From: Nannocystis pusilla
GTDB lineage: Bacteria; Myxococcota_A; Polyangia; Nannocystales; Nannocystaceae
DNA: 64,000 nt
Assembly: GCF_026626665.1 (NCBI RefSeq)
Contig: NZ_JAPNKE010000002.1
Span: forward strand, 3,373,168 to 3,437,167
Direction: 5' to 3'
Positions within the stretch are counted from its first letter, which is position 1; each line of letters begins with the position of its first letter. A program made the translations under genes and the position numbers. A model generated the notes under the pieces. It saw only the letters and a list, made by a program, of their open reading frames with translations. It did no database searches and was not told the DNA's origin. Of the stretch, positions 30,483 to 42,371 are shown in pieces.

Positions 30483-32047
30483 TCAGTCGCGGCGGGCCAG
30501 CAGCGTCGCGTGCATGTCGCTGCCGTCGATGCTCTCGTCGAGCGGCTCGTCGATGTCGATGATCACGCTCTCGCCGCCCGAGCTGGTCGGCGGCGGGATC
30601 GGCGGGACCGAGCGCGGCGCGACCGAGCCCGGCGGGCCCTCGACGGGGGCGGTCCGCGACCCGCGGCCCTCGACGCCGGCGAAGCGGGCCGCCAGGGTGC
30701 GCACGAACGCGCCCATCCACGGCTTCATCGACGTCAGCTCCTCCTCGATCAGGTCGCTGGTGATCTTGGTGAGCGTCGCGTCCTCGACGACCAGCACGCT
30801 GGCGGTCCGGCGCGAGGCGGCGAAGATCGACGTCTCGCCGAACACGTCGCCCGGCCCGAGCCAGCGCAGCGACACGTGGTGCCCGGCCTCGAGCTTGTAG
30901 ACCTCGAGCCTGCCGGCCAGCACGATGTAGGCCGCGTCGCCGATCTCGCCCTCGCGGATCACGTGGTCGCCGGCGGCGAAGCGGACCGTCTGGAAGCTGC
31001 CGCTGCCGCGCAGCAGGCGGACGATGTCGGCCTGCAGCGCCGCCACGCTCGGGTAGCGATCGTCGGGGTCGCGGCGCAGCGCCCGGGTCACGATGCGCAC
31101 CAGCTCGCGCGGGAACGGCACCGCGACGTGGCTGTCGGGCGGGGCGAACTTCGCCTCGCGCGCGAGGATCAGCGCGTCCATCGCCGTGCGCGCGTGGTAC
31201 GGCGGCCGCCCGGCCATCATCTCGTAGAGCAGCGCGCCCATCGAGAACACGTCGGCGCGCTCGTCGAGCGGGTGGCTGTTGGCCTGCTCGGGCGACATGT
31301 ACGACGGCGTGCCGAACACCAGCCCGTCGGTCTCCGACGGCGGCAGCGGCGGCAGGGCGTCGCGGACCCACCGCGCCTCGTCTTCGGCGGACCGCAGCGG
31401 CAGGATCTGGGCCCCGCCCCAGTCCATCAGATAGACCTGGCCGTAGGCGCCGACCATCACGTTGGCCGACTTGATGTCGCAGTGGATCACCCCGCGGCTG
31501 TGGGCGAACGACAGCGCGTCGCACACCTTGACGAAGATCTCGAGGCGGTGGAACAGCCGCTCGTGGTCGGTCGCCGGCTCGCCGCCGATCAGCGCCTTCA
31601 GCTCTGGCCCTCGACCAGCTTCATCGTGAAGTAGAGCTGGCCCTGCTCGTCGCGCCCGAGCTCGTGGATCGGCACGATGTTGGGGTGGTCGAGCTGACCC
31701 GTCACCTGGGCCTCGCGCAAGAACCCGTGCACGAGCATCAGGTGGTCGTAGGTCTTGGCGTGCATGACCTTGGCGGCCATCCGCCGCTGCAGCACCTCGT
31801 CGAACGCGAGCCGCACCGAGCCCATCCCGCCGCGCGCCAGCTCGTCGCCGAACGACAGCCGCGGCACCTGGTCCGGCAGCGCCGCGCGGATGAGGGCCTC
31901 CAGCCGCTCCTCATAGGAGAGCGGGGAGTCGCGGTCGAACAGCCGCTCGAGCGCGGCGCTGGGGGACGAGCCTCCGGGGCGGCGACCTGGCATGCGGGGC
32001 CACGATACAATGGCGCCTCGGCGGTGGTACACCGGGGCGGCCGGCAT
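30483..32047 (-). CDS. Ser/Thr protein kinase with C-terminal cyclic-nucleotide-binding (cNMP) domain
   Basis: Kinase N-lobe (GRGGMGSV...AAKV) and catalytic loop (HCDIKSAN), DWG, SPE. The cNMP domain reads FAAGDHVIREGEIGDAAYIVLAGRLEVY...GPGDVFGETSIFAASRRTASVLVV. The two halves are in different frames and join at a cc/c site near 31590. The start is uncertain (31995 or 32047). Confidence 0.8.
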
Positions 32048-33200
32048 GGACCTGCGCACCGCCCTCGTCACGCTCCGCCTGCGCCACCCGTTCGGCCTGT
32101 CGCGCGGCACCGTGAGCGAACTGCCGAGCTTGCTCGTGCGCATCGACCCGGGCGACCCGGACGGCGCAGCAGCGGACGGCCCCGATCGCCGCGGCCTCGG
32201 TGAGGCCTCGCCCGTGCGCTACCTCGGTCAGTCGGCGGTCGCTGCCGCGCCGCTGGCGGTCGCGATCGCGGCCGAGCTCTCCCCCGAGATCCTCGCCGAC
32301 CCGCGCGCGATCGCGGCCGCCGGCCCGCGCATGCGCGAGCTCGCCCCCGATCACTCCGCGGCTCGCTGCGCCGTCGACACCGCCCTGTGGGACGCCGCCG
32401 CCCGCGCCTGCGGCCGCCCGCTGGCCGAGCTGCTGGCCGATCCCGACGTGCTCGATCGGGCAGGTCTCGATCGCCATGTCCTTTCGGCCACCTCGGGGGC
32501 CACGGTCACCTCTTACACGATCGCGCTCGACGAGCTCCCGGCGATGGCGGCCCGCGCGGCCGCGGCCGCGCACCTCCCGGTGCTCAAGATCAAGCTCGGA
32601 AAGGGCCGCGAATTCGACCGCGCCGCCCTGCGTGCGGTCGCCGCCGCCGCGCCGCGCGCCCGCCTGCGGGTCGACGCCAACGGCGGCTGGACCCCGGACG
32701 ACGTGCGCGCCCTGCTCCCGCTGCTGGTCGATCTCGGGGTCGAGCAGCTCGAGCAGCCGCTGCCTGCGGGTCGGCCCGACCTCCTCGCGGCGCTCGCGCG
32801 CGACTGCCCGTTGCCGATCTACGCCGACGAGGACGTGCAGGGCCCGGACGACGTGGCGGCGCTGCGGGGCCGGGTCGCGGGGATCAACGTCAAGCTGATG
32901 AAGTGCGGCGGGATCTCGCCGGCCCTGGCGACGATCGCCGCGGCCCGGGATAGCGGCCTGCGGGTGCTCGTCGGCTGCATGATCGAGACCCGCGTCGGGC
33001 TCGCCGCCGGCGCCGCCCTGGCCCGCCTCGCCGACGAGGCCGACCTCGACGCCCACATGCTCACGCGGGCCGACCCGATGCCGCCGGGGAGCCAAGAGCG
33101 GCTCGCGCCCGACCTGCCGCGGCTTTGCGGCCCCGGCCTCGGCGTCCCGCCCGGGGCGTTGCCCGCGGACGGCGACCCGGGCCCCGGGCGCGTGGCATAA
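32046..33200 (+). CDS. enolase-superfamily enzyme (dipeptide epimerase / muconate-cycloisomerase-like)
   Basis: Metal-ligand and catalytic motifs: KIKLG (Lys), RVDANGGW (Asp), EQP (Glu), YADE (Asp), NVKLMKCGG (Lys). Confidence 0.75.
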   Translation: MDLRTALVTLRLRHPFGLSRGTVSELPSLLVRIDPGDPDGAAADGPDRRGLGEASPVRYLGQSAVAAAPLAVAIAAELSPEILADPRAIAAAGPRMRELAPDHSAARCAVDTALWDAAARACGRPLAELLADPDVLDRAGLDRHVLSATSGATVTSYTIALDELPAMAARAAAAAHLPVLKIKLGKGREFDRAALRAVAAAAPRARLRVDANGGWTPDDVRALLPLLVDLGVEQLEQPLPAGRPDLLAALARDCPLPIYADEDVQGPDDVAALRGRVAGINVKLMKCGGISPALATIAAARDSGLRVLVGCMIETRVGLAAGAALARLADEADLDAHMLTRADPMPPGSQERLAPDLPRLCGPGLGVPPGALPADGDPGPGRVA

Positions 33201-33213
33201 TCCACGCTCCGCC

Positions 33214-36200
33214 TTGAATCCCGACGAGCCCCAGGCCCGCGCCTCGCTGCCGGTGACGCCACCTGTCCCTGAGGACATCCTTCCGCGTCCGCTCGGCCGC
33301 TACGAGCTGGTGCGTCGGGTCGGCTCCGGCAGCATGGGCGTCGTCTACGCGGCCGTCGATCGCGACAGCGGCCGCACCATCGCGCTCAAGACCCTGCACC
33401 AGCTCGACCCGGGCGCGCTGTTCCGCCTCAAGAACGAGTTCCGCAGCGCCGCCGGCCTGTCGCACCCGAACCTCGTCAGCCTCCACCAGCTCGTCTCGCA
33501 CGACGACGAGTGGTTCATCACCATGGAGTTCGTCGACGGCGTCAGCTTCTTCGACCATGTCCGTCAGGGCATGTCCGAAAGGACAGGCGCAGCGCCGCCG
33601 CCGGAGCGCCTGCGCCCCGCCTTGCTGCAGCTGGCCGCCGGCGTCAGCGCCCTGCACGCCGCCGGCAAGCTGCACCGCGACCTCAAGTCGTCGAACGTGC
33701 TGGTCACCGCCGACGGCCGCGTCGTCATCCTCGACTTCGGCCTCGCCGCCGACGACGTCGCCGAGGGCGGCGAGGACGGCCTGCTCGGCACGCCGGCGAC
33801 GATGGCGCCGGAGCAGGCCGCCGGCAACCCGGCCTCGCCCGCGAGCGACTGGTACGCGATCGGCGTCATGCTCTACGAGGCGCTGACCGGCCGCCTGCCG
33901 TTCACCGGCCCGCCGCTCGCGATCCTCCACGCCAAGCAGCACGAAGATCCGGCGCCGCCGCAGGCGCTCGTGCCCGACGTCGATCCGAGCTGGCGGCGCT
34001 GTGCATGGGCCTGCTGCAGCGCGACCCGGCCGCGCGGCTCGGCGGCGCCGACATCCGCGAGGCCCTCGGCGAGGCCCCGCTCGGGCCCACCGAGTCGGGC
34101 GCGCGCTTCGTCGGCCGCGACGACCTGCTGTCGGCCATGCGCGACGCCTTCCAGCTCGCGCTCGCCGGCTCGCCGGTGTGCGTGTACGTCCGCGGCCGCT
34201 CCGGCATCGGCAAGACCGCGCTCATCGATCGCTTCATCGCCGAGCTGCGCCGCAACGACCGCGCCTTCGTCCTCCAGGGCCGCTGCTACGAGCGCGAGAG
34301 CGTGCCGTACAAGGCCTTCGACAGCGTCCTCGACGCGCTCGCGCAGCACCTCCGCCACCTCCCGCAGGAGGAGGCCGCGGCCCTGCTGCCGCGCGAGATC
34401 CACGAGCTCACGCGGCTGTTCCCCGTCCTCGCGCGCGCCCCCGTGGTCGCCGATCTGCCGCAGCGCAACTTCGTCGCCCCCGACCCGCAAGAGGCGCGGC
34501 GTCGGGCCTTCCGCGGGCTCAAGGAGCTGCTGGCGCGGATCGCCGATCGCCGCCCGCTGGTGCTGCGGATCGCCGACCTGCAGTGGGGCGACGAGGACAG
34601 CGCGCGCCTGCTGGTCGAGCTGCTGTCGCCGCCCGATCCGCCGGCGATGCTCTTCATCGGCTCGTACCGCATCGACGAGGACGACGCGCCGATGCTCCGC
34701 GAGCTGCGGCGGCTCGGCGCGCGGCCCGAGCTCAAGGCGCTGGTGCGCGACCTGCTGGTCGAGCCGCTCTCGCCCGATCAGGCCGAGGAGCTCGCGCTCG
34801 CCCGGCTCGGCCGCGACAGCGACAGCGCGCGCGCCGAGGCGCGCCGGATCGCCGCCGAGTCGGGCGGCAACCCGCTGTTCGTCGAGGAGCTCGCGCGTCA
34901 CATCGCCGGTCACCGCGGCGCCGCGCCGGCCGAGGTCTCGCTCGACGCGGTCGTGCGCACCCGCCTCGCCGGCCTGCGCGCCGCCGGTCGCAGCCTGCTC
35001 GAGATCGTCGCCGTCGCCGGGCGGCCGATCCCGCCGAGCCTCGCGTTCACGGCCTCGGGCGTCACCGATCGCGCGGTCCTCGGCGAGCTGCAGGCGCAGC
35101 ACCTGCTGCGCACGCTGGCCTCGCGCAGCGGCGACACCGTCGAGTGCTACCACGACCGGATCCGCGACACCGTGCTGGCGCAGCTCGGCGGCGACCGCCT
35201 GGCGCAGCTGCACCGCACCCTCGCCGACGCCCTCGCGCAGTCGGCCGACGACCCCGAGCTGCTGGCCCACCACCTGCACGCCGCCGGCGCCTTGAAGGAG
35301 GCGCACGCGGCCGCCGTCGCCGCCGCCGAGCGGGCCGCCGCTTCACTCGCCTTCTACCGCGCCGCCCAGCTGTACGGTCGCGCCCTCGCGTGGGCGTCCG
35401 ACCTCCCGGACGACGAGCGGCGCGCCCTCCTGCGTCGCCGCGCCGACGCGCTCGCGCTGGCCGGTCGCAGCGCCGAAGCGGCCCCCGTCTACGCCAGCGC
35501 CGCCGAGGGCGCCTCGCCGGCCGAATCACTCGAGCTGCGCCGCCGCGCCGGCGAGCAGTTCCTCGTCAGCGGCAACATCGACCAGGGCGTGCAGATGCTG
35601 CGCCCCGCGCTGGTCGAGGTCGACCTCGGCTACCCGGCCACGCCCGGCCGCGCCAACATGTCGATCATCACTCGCTCGACGCAGCTCAGCCTGCGCGGCC
35701 TCGGCTTCGCCGCGGTGCGCGAGGAGCAGGTCCCGCCGGCCGACCTGCTGCGCCTCGACGTGTGCCTGTCGGCCGCCGTCGGCCTCGCCTTCGTCGACCC
35801 GATCCGCGGCTACAGCTTCTACCAGCGCGGCCTCCTCCTGGCCCTTCAGACAGGTGAGCCGCAGCGGATCGCCCGCGCCCTCGCCGGCGTCGGCGCCATG
35901 ATCATGAGCCGCGGCACCGCCAACGCCGTCGGCCGCGGCACCACCCTGCTCAAGGAGGCGCGCCGCCTCGCCGAGCAGCTCTCCGAGCCGCGCCTCATCG
36001 GCCTGTGCGAGATCGTCGACGCCATCGCCGCCGTCTCGCTCGGCCGCTGGCGCCGCGCGCTCGAGCACTGCGAGCAGGGCGCCCAGATCCTGCTCGACCG
36101 CTGCGTCGGCGTCGGCTGGGAGCTCGACCTCGCCCGCATGAGCACGATGCGCGGCCTGTTCATGCTCGGCGAGCTGGCCGAGCTCGGCCACCGCGCCCAC

Positions 36201-36899
36201 GCCTGGCTGCGCGAGTCGGAGGACGCCGGCGATCTGTGCGGCGAGGTCTGGTCGGCGCTCTACAGCGCCTACGCCCTGCTCGGCGCCGACGACATCACCA
36301 GCGCGCGCGACCGCGTGCGCGGGGCGATGCGCCGCTGGTCGAAGGACGGCTTCCACTTCCAGCACATGCTCGCGCTGATCCTCGAGACCTCGTGCGACCT
36401 GTACCAAGGGCAAGGTGGCTCCGCCTGGCAGCGTCTGGCCGAGAGCTGGGTCGCCGTCGAGAACTCGTACATCTTCGGCTGGCAGGGCCAGCGGATCCTC
36501 TTCCTCCACGCGCGAGGCCTCGCCGCCGTCGCGGCCGCGCGCGAGCAGCCGCACAACGCCGGCGTCCTGCTCGCCGCCGCCGAACGCGACGCCGCCCAGC
36601 TCGAGGAGGACCGCGCGCTGCGCCACGACTCCGTCGCCATGGCCGCGCTGATCCGGGCCGGCATCGCCGCGCAGAACGGCGACATCCAGCAGGCGCTCGT
36701 CCGCCTCGAGGCCGCCGCCGCCAGCTTCGACACCGCCGACATGCCGGTCCACGCCGCCTGCGCCCGGCGCCGCCGCGGCGAGCTGCTGGGCCCCAGCGGC
36801 GCCACCTTGATCGCCCAGGCCGACCAGTACCTCGCCTCGCGGGCCATCCTCCGCCCCGCCCAGTGGAGCGCGATGTACAACGGCAGCGCGCCCACCTGA
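33214..36899 (+). CDS. large multidomain Ser/Thr protein kinase (kinase + AAA/NB-ARC-like ATPase + TPR-like C-terminal region)
   Basis: Kinase motifs GSGSMGVVY, ALK, HRDLKSSNVLV, DFG, APE. Walker A GRSGIGKTAL and Walker B LVLRIADLQWGDEDS. A long Ala/Leu-rich helical repeat region follows. One frame interruption at gg/g near 33965. Confidence 0.85.
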
Positions 36900-37117
36900 C
36901 GCGCGGCTGCATCCACTGTGCGACGGCCTGCTCGCGCCCCATCCTCCGAATCCGCGACCTCGCGTCACCACAGCGCTCGCCCTCCGCGCATCGACTGCGC
37001 GACGACCTGCCCGCGCCGGATCCTCCGCATCCGCGACCTCGCGTCACCGCGGCGCTCGTCGACGATGAACCCCGCAGCTCGGCTCGCTCGCACCGGCCGG
37101 TCCGCCGGCCGCGACCG

Positions 37118-37190
37118 ACCGGCGTGAGCTCCGCAGGCCGACCGGCGTGAGCTCCGCAGCCCGACCGGCGTGAGCCCCGCAGAGCCTCGC
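37118..37190. repeat. 3 x 23-bp tandem direct repeat upstream of purT
   Basis: (c/g)ccgaccggcgtgagc(t/c)ccgcag repeated three times head-to-tail. A second pair of about 40-bp direct repeats (atcctccg.atccgcgacctcgcgtcacc) lies at 36945 and 37018. Confidence 0.8.
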
Positions 37191-37287
37191 ATTGCCCCGC
37201 GCGAGGGCCTGGCCGACGCGTGTGACCTCGCGCCCGCGGCGCCCGCCTTGCCGCGCGCGACAGTGCGCCACTATCCTGCGCGCGCTC

Positions 37288-38487
37288 GCCATGGATCTCA
37301 CGCTCGGCACTCCTCTGTCTCCCTCGTCCACACGGCTGCTCCTGCTCGGCTCGGGCGAACTCGGCCGCGAGGTTGCGATCGAAGCCATGCGCCTCGGCGC
37401 CGAGGTCATCGCGTGCGACCGCTACGCCAACGCCCCGGCCATGCAGGTCGCCCACCGCAGCCACGTGTTCGACATGCAGGACCGCGACGCGGTGCGGGCC
37501 GTCGTCGCCCGCGAGAAGCCCCACTACATCGTCCCCGAGATCGAGGCCATCGCCACCGACGCGCTGGTCGAGCTCGAGAGCGAGGGCTGGGCCGTCATCC
37601 CGACCGCGCGGGCCGCCCGGCTCACCATGGACCGCGAGGGCATCCGCCGCCTCGCCGCCGAGCAGCTCGGCTTGCCGACCAGCCCCTACGCCTTCGCCGA
37701 CACGCGCGAGGAGGTCGAGGCCGCGGTCCAGCGCCTCGGCCTGCCGTGCGTGATCAAGCCCGTCATGTCGAGCTCGGGCAAGGGTCAGAGCACCGTGCGC
37801 ACCGCCGCCGATGTCGCCGCCGCCTGGGAGTACGCGCTGTCGGGCGCCCGCGGTCGCTCGGCCCGCGTCATCGTCGAGGGCTTCGTCCCGTTCGACTACG
37901 AGATCACGCTGCTCACGATCCGCACCCGCCACGAGGGCACCCTGTTCTGCCCGCCGATCGGCCACCGGCAGGAGCGCGGCGACTACATGGAGTCGTGGCA
38001 GCCCCACGCCATGGCGCCGCAGGCCCTCGCGCGCGCGCAGGAGATCGCCGCCGCGGTCACCGAGGCGCTCGGCGGCGCCGGCCTGTTCGGCGTCGAGCTG
38101 TTCGTCGTCGGCGACGAAGTCATCTTCAGCGAGGTCAGCCCGCGCCCGCACGACACCGGCATGGTCACCATGATCACGCAGGACCAGAGCGAGTTCGAGC
38201 TGCACGTGCGCGCGATCCTCGGCCTCCCGATCGGCCAGGTCATCCTCCGCGCGCCCGGGGCCTCCGCCGTGGTCCTGGCCGATCGCCCGGGCACCAACCC
38301 GCGCTTTACCGGCGTCGGCAAGGCCCTCGCCGACCCGCGCACCAAGGTCCGCCTGTTCAGCAAGCCCGACACCCGCAAGTACCGGCGCATGGGCGTCGTC
38401 CTGGCCTACGGCGACGACGTCGCCGAGTGCCGCGCCCGCGCCGAGGCGGCCGCCGCCGAGATCCGCGTGGTCGTCGACGCCGGCTGA
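37288..38487 (+). CDS. purT: formate-dependent phosphoribosylglycinamide formyltransferase (GAR transformylase 2)
   Basis: Full-length ATP-grasp enzyme with N-terminal [20 protein letters not shown]-grasp motifs, and a conserved C-terminal region ([11 protein letters not shown]). Confidence 0.92.
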   Translation, partial: AMDLTLGTPLSPSSTRLLLLGSGELGREVAIEAMRLGAEVIACDRYANAPAMQVAHRSHVFDMQDRDAVRAVVAREKPHYIVPEIEAIATDALVELESEGWAVIPTARAARLTMDREGIRRLAAEQLGLPTSPYAFADTREEVEAAVQRLGLPCVIKPVMSSSGKGQSTVRTAADVAAAWEYALSGARGRSARVIVEGFVPFDYEITLLTIRTRHEGTLFCPPIGHRQERGDYMESWQPHAMAPQALARAQEIAAAVTEALGGAGLFGVELFVVGDEVIFSEVSPRPHDTGMVTMITQDQSEFELHVRAILGLPIGQVILRAPGASAVVLADRPGTNPRFTGVGKALADPRTKVRLFSKPDTRKYRRMGVVLAYGDDVAECRARAEAAAAEIRVVVDAG

Positions 38488-38502
38488 GCATTGGATGATT
38501 TC

Positions 38503-38556
38503 GGGACATGTCGCTTGCGACATGTCCCCTGCAGCATGTCTTTGGTGACATGCCGC
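38503..38556. repeat. GGACATGTCC-family array, four units, about 15-bp period
   Basis: GGGACATGTCgcttgc GACATGTCCcctgc AGCATGTCTttggt GACATGCCG. Confidence 0.9.
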
Positions 38557-38574
38557 AAAGGCCCGATCTATCGG

Positions 38575-39617
38575 CTACTGGTCGAACAGCTCGAGCAGCG
38601 TGCGCAGCCCCGGCGAGCCGGGCGCCTGCGGCTTGTCGGCCAGCGCGCGGCGGATCTCGAGGTGCGCCGCCGGCAGGATCGACCGCAGCTGCTCGAGCGC
38701 CTTCGGATCGCCGCCCTGGGCCGCTGCCACCTTCGCCTGCACCCGCTCGCGCCCGGGCCCCGCGAGCCGCGGGCCCACGTCCCACGCGGTCACGACCGCG
38801 CCTGCACCGAGGGACATGTCTCCGAGTTCATCGTGGCGCAGCTTCGCCGGCCGTTCGCTCGTCAGCACGTCCAGCCGGCCCAGAGTGAACCGTTGCCCCG
38901 CCCCCAGCGCCGTCGCCCGGCCCGCGCGCAGCAGCGTCACGCCCGCGTCGACCGCCGTCAGAGTCAGCGTCGCCTCGGTCGTCCACGTGCCCGCGTCGAT
39001 CTGCGGATAGTGCCCCTTCGCCGCCGCCAGCAGGCCCTTCGGCACCTTCAAGCCCGAGTAGCCGACCGGCGGCGCCGCCTGCTGCGCCACGCCGTGAACT
39101 CGATCGGCCCCGTCTCGAACTGGCCCTTCAGCAGCGCCTCGCAGGCCCGCAGGTGCCGCTCGATCCGCCCCAGCAGCTCCGCCCGCACAGGCGCGCTCGC
39201 CGGCAGCGGCGCCGCCCGGCGCCACAGGTAGCCGGCCAGCCCCGCGTGGAAGAGCGGCAGCGCCTCCATGCTGCTCAGCAGCGCCGGCAGCTCGGCCATC
39301 GTCTCGCCGCCGCCCGCCTTGCGCGCCTCGACGTGGGCCCGCCAGCGGCTGCGAAACGCCTCGCCTTCGGCGCCGCCGACCGCGTCCGCCAGCGCCTCGA
39401 GGGCGGACGCGACCTGCAACCAGCGCGGGTCGGAGGCCGGCGTCGCCTCCGGCACGGTCACCAGCGCCAGCGCCAATCGCTTGCCCGGCCCGACGTCGAG
39501 CCCGTCGTCGGCGACGAGCCGCGCCCACCGGCCCAGCGCCGCCTCGTCGGCCAGCGGGAACACGTCGGGCCCGAGCGCCGGCGCGGCGCTCTCCGCAGCA
39601 CTTGTCTCCCGGGACAT
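38575..39617 (-). CDS. hypothetical protein
   Basis: About 347 aa with two halves in different frames; no recognised domain. Its ATG lies inside a copy of the GGACATGTCC element. It sits immediately downstream of, and is co-oriented with, the radical SAM gene. Confidence 0.45.
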
Positions 39618-39892
39618 GTCCTCTTCACCCTGCTGCAAAGGACCTGCCCCATTCGACATGTCCTGAGAGCCTTGCCCCGCGCCGGGCGCCGCCCCGTGCC
39701 CGTCCGGCTCCTCGCGCCCGCGCAGCCGGTCGGCGCAGCCCTGCACGAACACGATCAGCAGCGCGAGCAGGCGGATCGCCGGCGCCGCCGCGCTCGAGAG
39801 CAGCGCCACCTGGCCGCGGCGCCAGCGGAGCACCACCGCCGCGGCCAGCGCGAGCGCCACCGCGAACGACCCCAGATCGAGCCACCAGCGCC

Positions 39893-40936
39893 TCACACCG
39901 CCTCCTTGCGGCAGGCGCCGAACGCCTGCTCGCGGCACGGGTTGCCGTTGCGGGCCTGCAGCCAGCACTCGTGGCCGTCCGAGCACTCGCGGTGGCCGGC
40001 GCTGCGGAAGCGCGTGAAGCCGCGGGTCCAGATGTCGCGCAGCAGCCGGTCGCGCACGTTGCCCTCCGACTCGCGCAGGTCGGTGGTGGTGCACGGCAGC
40101 ACCTCGCCGGTGGCCCCGACGACGCAGGAGATCCGGCCGGCCCCGCACAGGAACGGCTGGTCGCGGTAGAAGCGATCGTCGGCGCCGGCGCTGCCCCACT
40201 CGTTGCACAGCTCGACGTGGAACAGCCCGCGCTTGCGGCGGGCGAACGCGGCCACGCGGCGCAGTTGCTCCGGCGTCGGACACAGCGCGGTGTGCTCGGC
40301 CCCGCGGCCCTCGGGGGCGAAGAGATGGAGGCCCCACGAGTCGGCGCCCGAGGCAGCCACGATCGGGAACAGATCGGCCAGGCGGTCGGCGTTCTCGCGC
40401 GTCACCGTCGTGCCCGCCACCACCTCCGGGCAGCCGCACCTTGAGCGTGCGGATGGCAGCCAGCGCCGCCGCGTGACTGCCCTGACGCCCGCGGAACAGG
40501 TCGTGCTGCCGGGCCTCGCCGTCGAGGCTGATCGCCGCCAGCGTGGGCGGGTGACGCTCGAACAGCGACCTGAACTTGGGGACATGTCCCCCGTGCGTGT
40601 GCATCGCCCACTCGAGCCCCTGCGCCCGCGCGTGCGCCACGATCTCGGCGATGTCGCGGCGCAGCAGCAGCTCCCCGCCCGCGATCACGAAGGTCGGCCG
40701 GCCGAGCGCCACCAGCTCGTCGACCACCAGGCGGATCGCCTCCTGCGTCGTCAGCTCGCCCTCGGCCCGCTTGCCCGCGCCCGAGTAGCAATGCGGACAG
40801 CGGAGGTCGCACATCGCGGTGGCGATCCACTGCACCGCGACCGGCCGGCGCACCAGGCGGAGCGCGTGCAGCAGCCGCGTCTCGGTCTCCCAGACCTCGG
40901 GCGCGGCGCGAGCATACAGACGATGAAGCAGGCCCA
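39893..40936 (-). CDS. radical SAM enzyme with C-terminal SPASM domain
   Basis: CDLRCPHCY (CX3CX2C) near the N-terminus. The C-terminal 7-Cys SPASM pattern reads FLCGAG...ISCVV...LPCTT...RECSDGHECW...NPCRE...GACRK. One frame interruption near 40430. Confidence 0.7.
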
Positions 40937-40975
40937 TGCCCGCGAGGATAGCCTCACCCCGCCGCGCGCGCGGGC

Positions 40976-42283
40976 GTGGGCGATCGCGCGGAAGCTCGGA
41001 TCGTCGCGGCGGAACGCCAGCGTGGCCAGGAGCGCCAGCGCCCACAGCACCGCGATGTGGAGGAACATCGTCTCGCCGCCGTAATGCTTGAACAGGAAGC
41101 CCGACACCAGCGGCCCCGCGAGCGTGCCGAGCCCGTACGAGCCGTTCAGCAGCGCGTTGCTGCGGCTGAAGTCGCGTGGGTCGACGATGAGGCTCTGCAG
41201 CGCCAGGCTCATCGGCCAGATCGGCGCCAGCGAAGCGCCCGCGAACAGCACCGCGACGGCGACCATCCAGAACGCGGGCAAGTAGACCAGCGACGCCGTC
41301 AGCACCACTCCGAGCGCCACCAGGGAGCGCACCGTCTTGAGGTGGCCGTAGCGATCGCCGAGGCGGCCGACGAACACCACGCTGGCGGCCATGCCGATCG
41401 AGAAGCTCGCCACCAGCAGGCTCGTGTCCTCTTTCGGCACCTTCCGCACCGCGATGAGGAACAGGGGCAGGAACAGCACCAGCGACGCCTGGAAGTAGCC
41501 GTAGCAGAACGTCGGGATGCAGGCCGTCTTGATCTTCCAATACAGCGAGAGGATCGGCGGCCGGGCGTCGTCCTCCGCCGGCTTGACGGGCTGCGCGCCG
41601 GCCTCGTGGCCGTGATCGCCGCCGTGATCGCTGCCGGCGATCGGCTGGATGTCGCGGTCGAGGAACACGTAGGCGATCAGCGCCGCCAGCGACGCGAACA
41701 GCCCCGCGGCCACGAACACCATCTGCATCGGGTAGAGCAGCATCACCGCCCAGCCGAACACCGCCCCGATGCCGTAACCTGTGGCCATCGAGATGGTGTA
41801 GAGGCTGGTGATGAGCCCGCGGTGCGCCGTCGTCGTGCGCATCAGCAGGATCGTCTCGAGGCTGACCCACACGCCGACCGAGAACGCGCCGTCGATCCCG
41901 CGCGCCGTCGCCAGCCCGCCGAAGCTGAGCAGGAACGGGAAGATGGCCGTCGCCCCCGCGTACACCAGCAGCGCGGCCGCCAGCATCGTCCGCGGCGACA
42001 GCTTCTTGATCAGCAGCCCCATCGGCACGCTGAACGCCGCGATGCCGAGCGAGAAGAAGATCGCCAGCTCGCCGATCGTGAGCTCGTCGATCCCGCGGAC
42101 CTTGTTCAGGTAGACCGCGACGACCGCGGTCACCATCCCGTAGGCCGTCCCCGTCATCCCGCAAACGACGTACGCGGTGCGGATGTTGGAGTCGCGCAGC
42201 TCGCTGTGCCAGAGCTGTTGCAGCTCGTTGCGGACCTTGGACCACTGCCCGGCGGGTGTGGGGGGCGAGACCGTCGTCGTCAT
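40976..42283 (-). CDS. MFS transporter
   Basis: About 12 TM helices and an MFS-type motif between TM2 and TM3. The exact 3' end is obscured because the ORF stays open into the radical SAM gene. Confidence 0.8.
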
Positions 42284-42371
42284 CGTGGGGGGACGCGATG
42301 ATCGGGTCCGGGCAGGCGAAAAACCAGTCCCATCACGCGTGATCTTGCGTGATTTTCGCGCGGCTTCGCGC

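Noticed and set aside
33551-33590. Element copy inside the large kinase, as an in-frame insertion creating a kinase insert loop
   Set aside because: The spacing between kinase subdomains V and VIa is normal by eye, so it is more likely a chance near-match within ordinary coding sequence.
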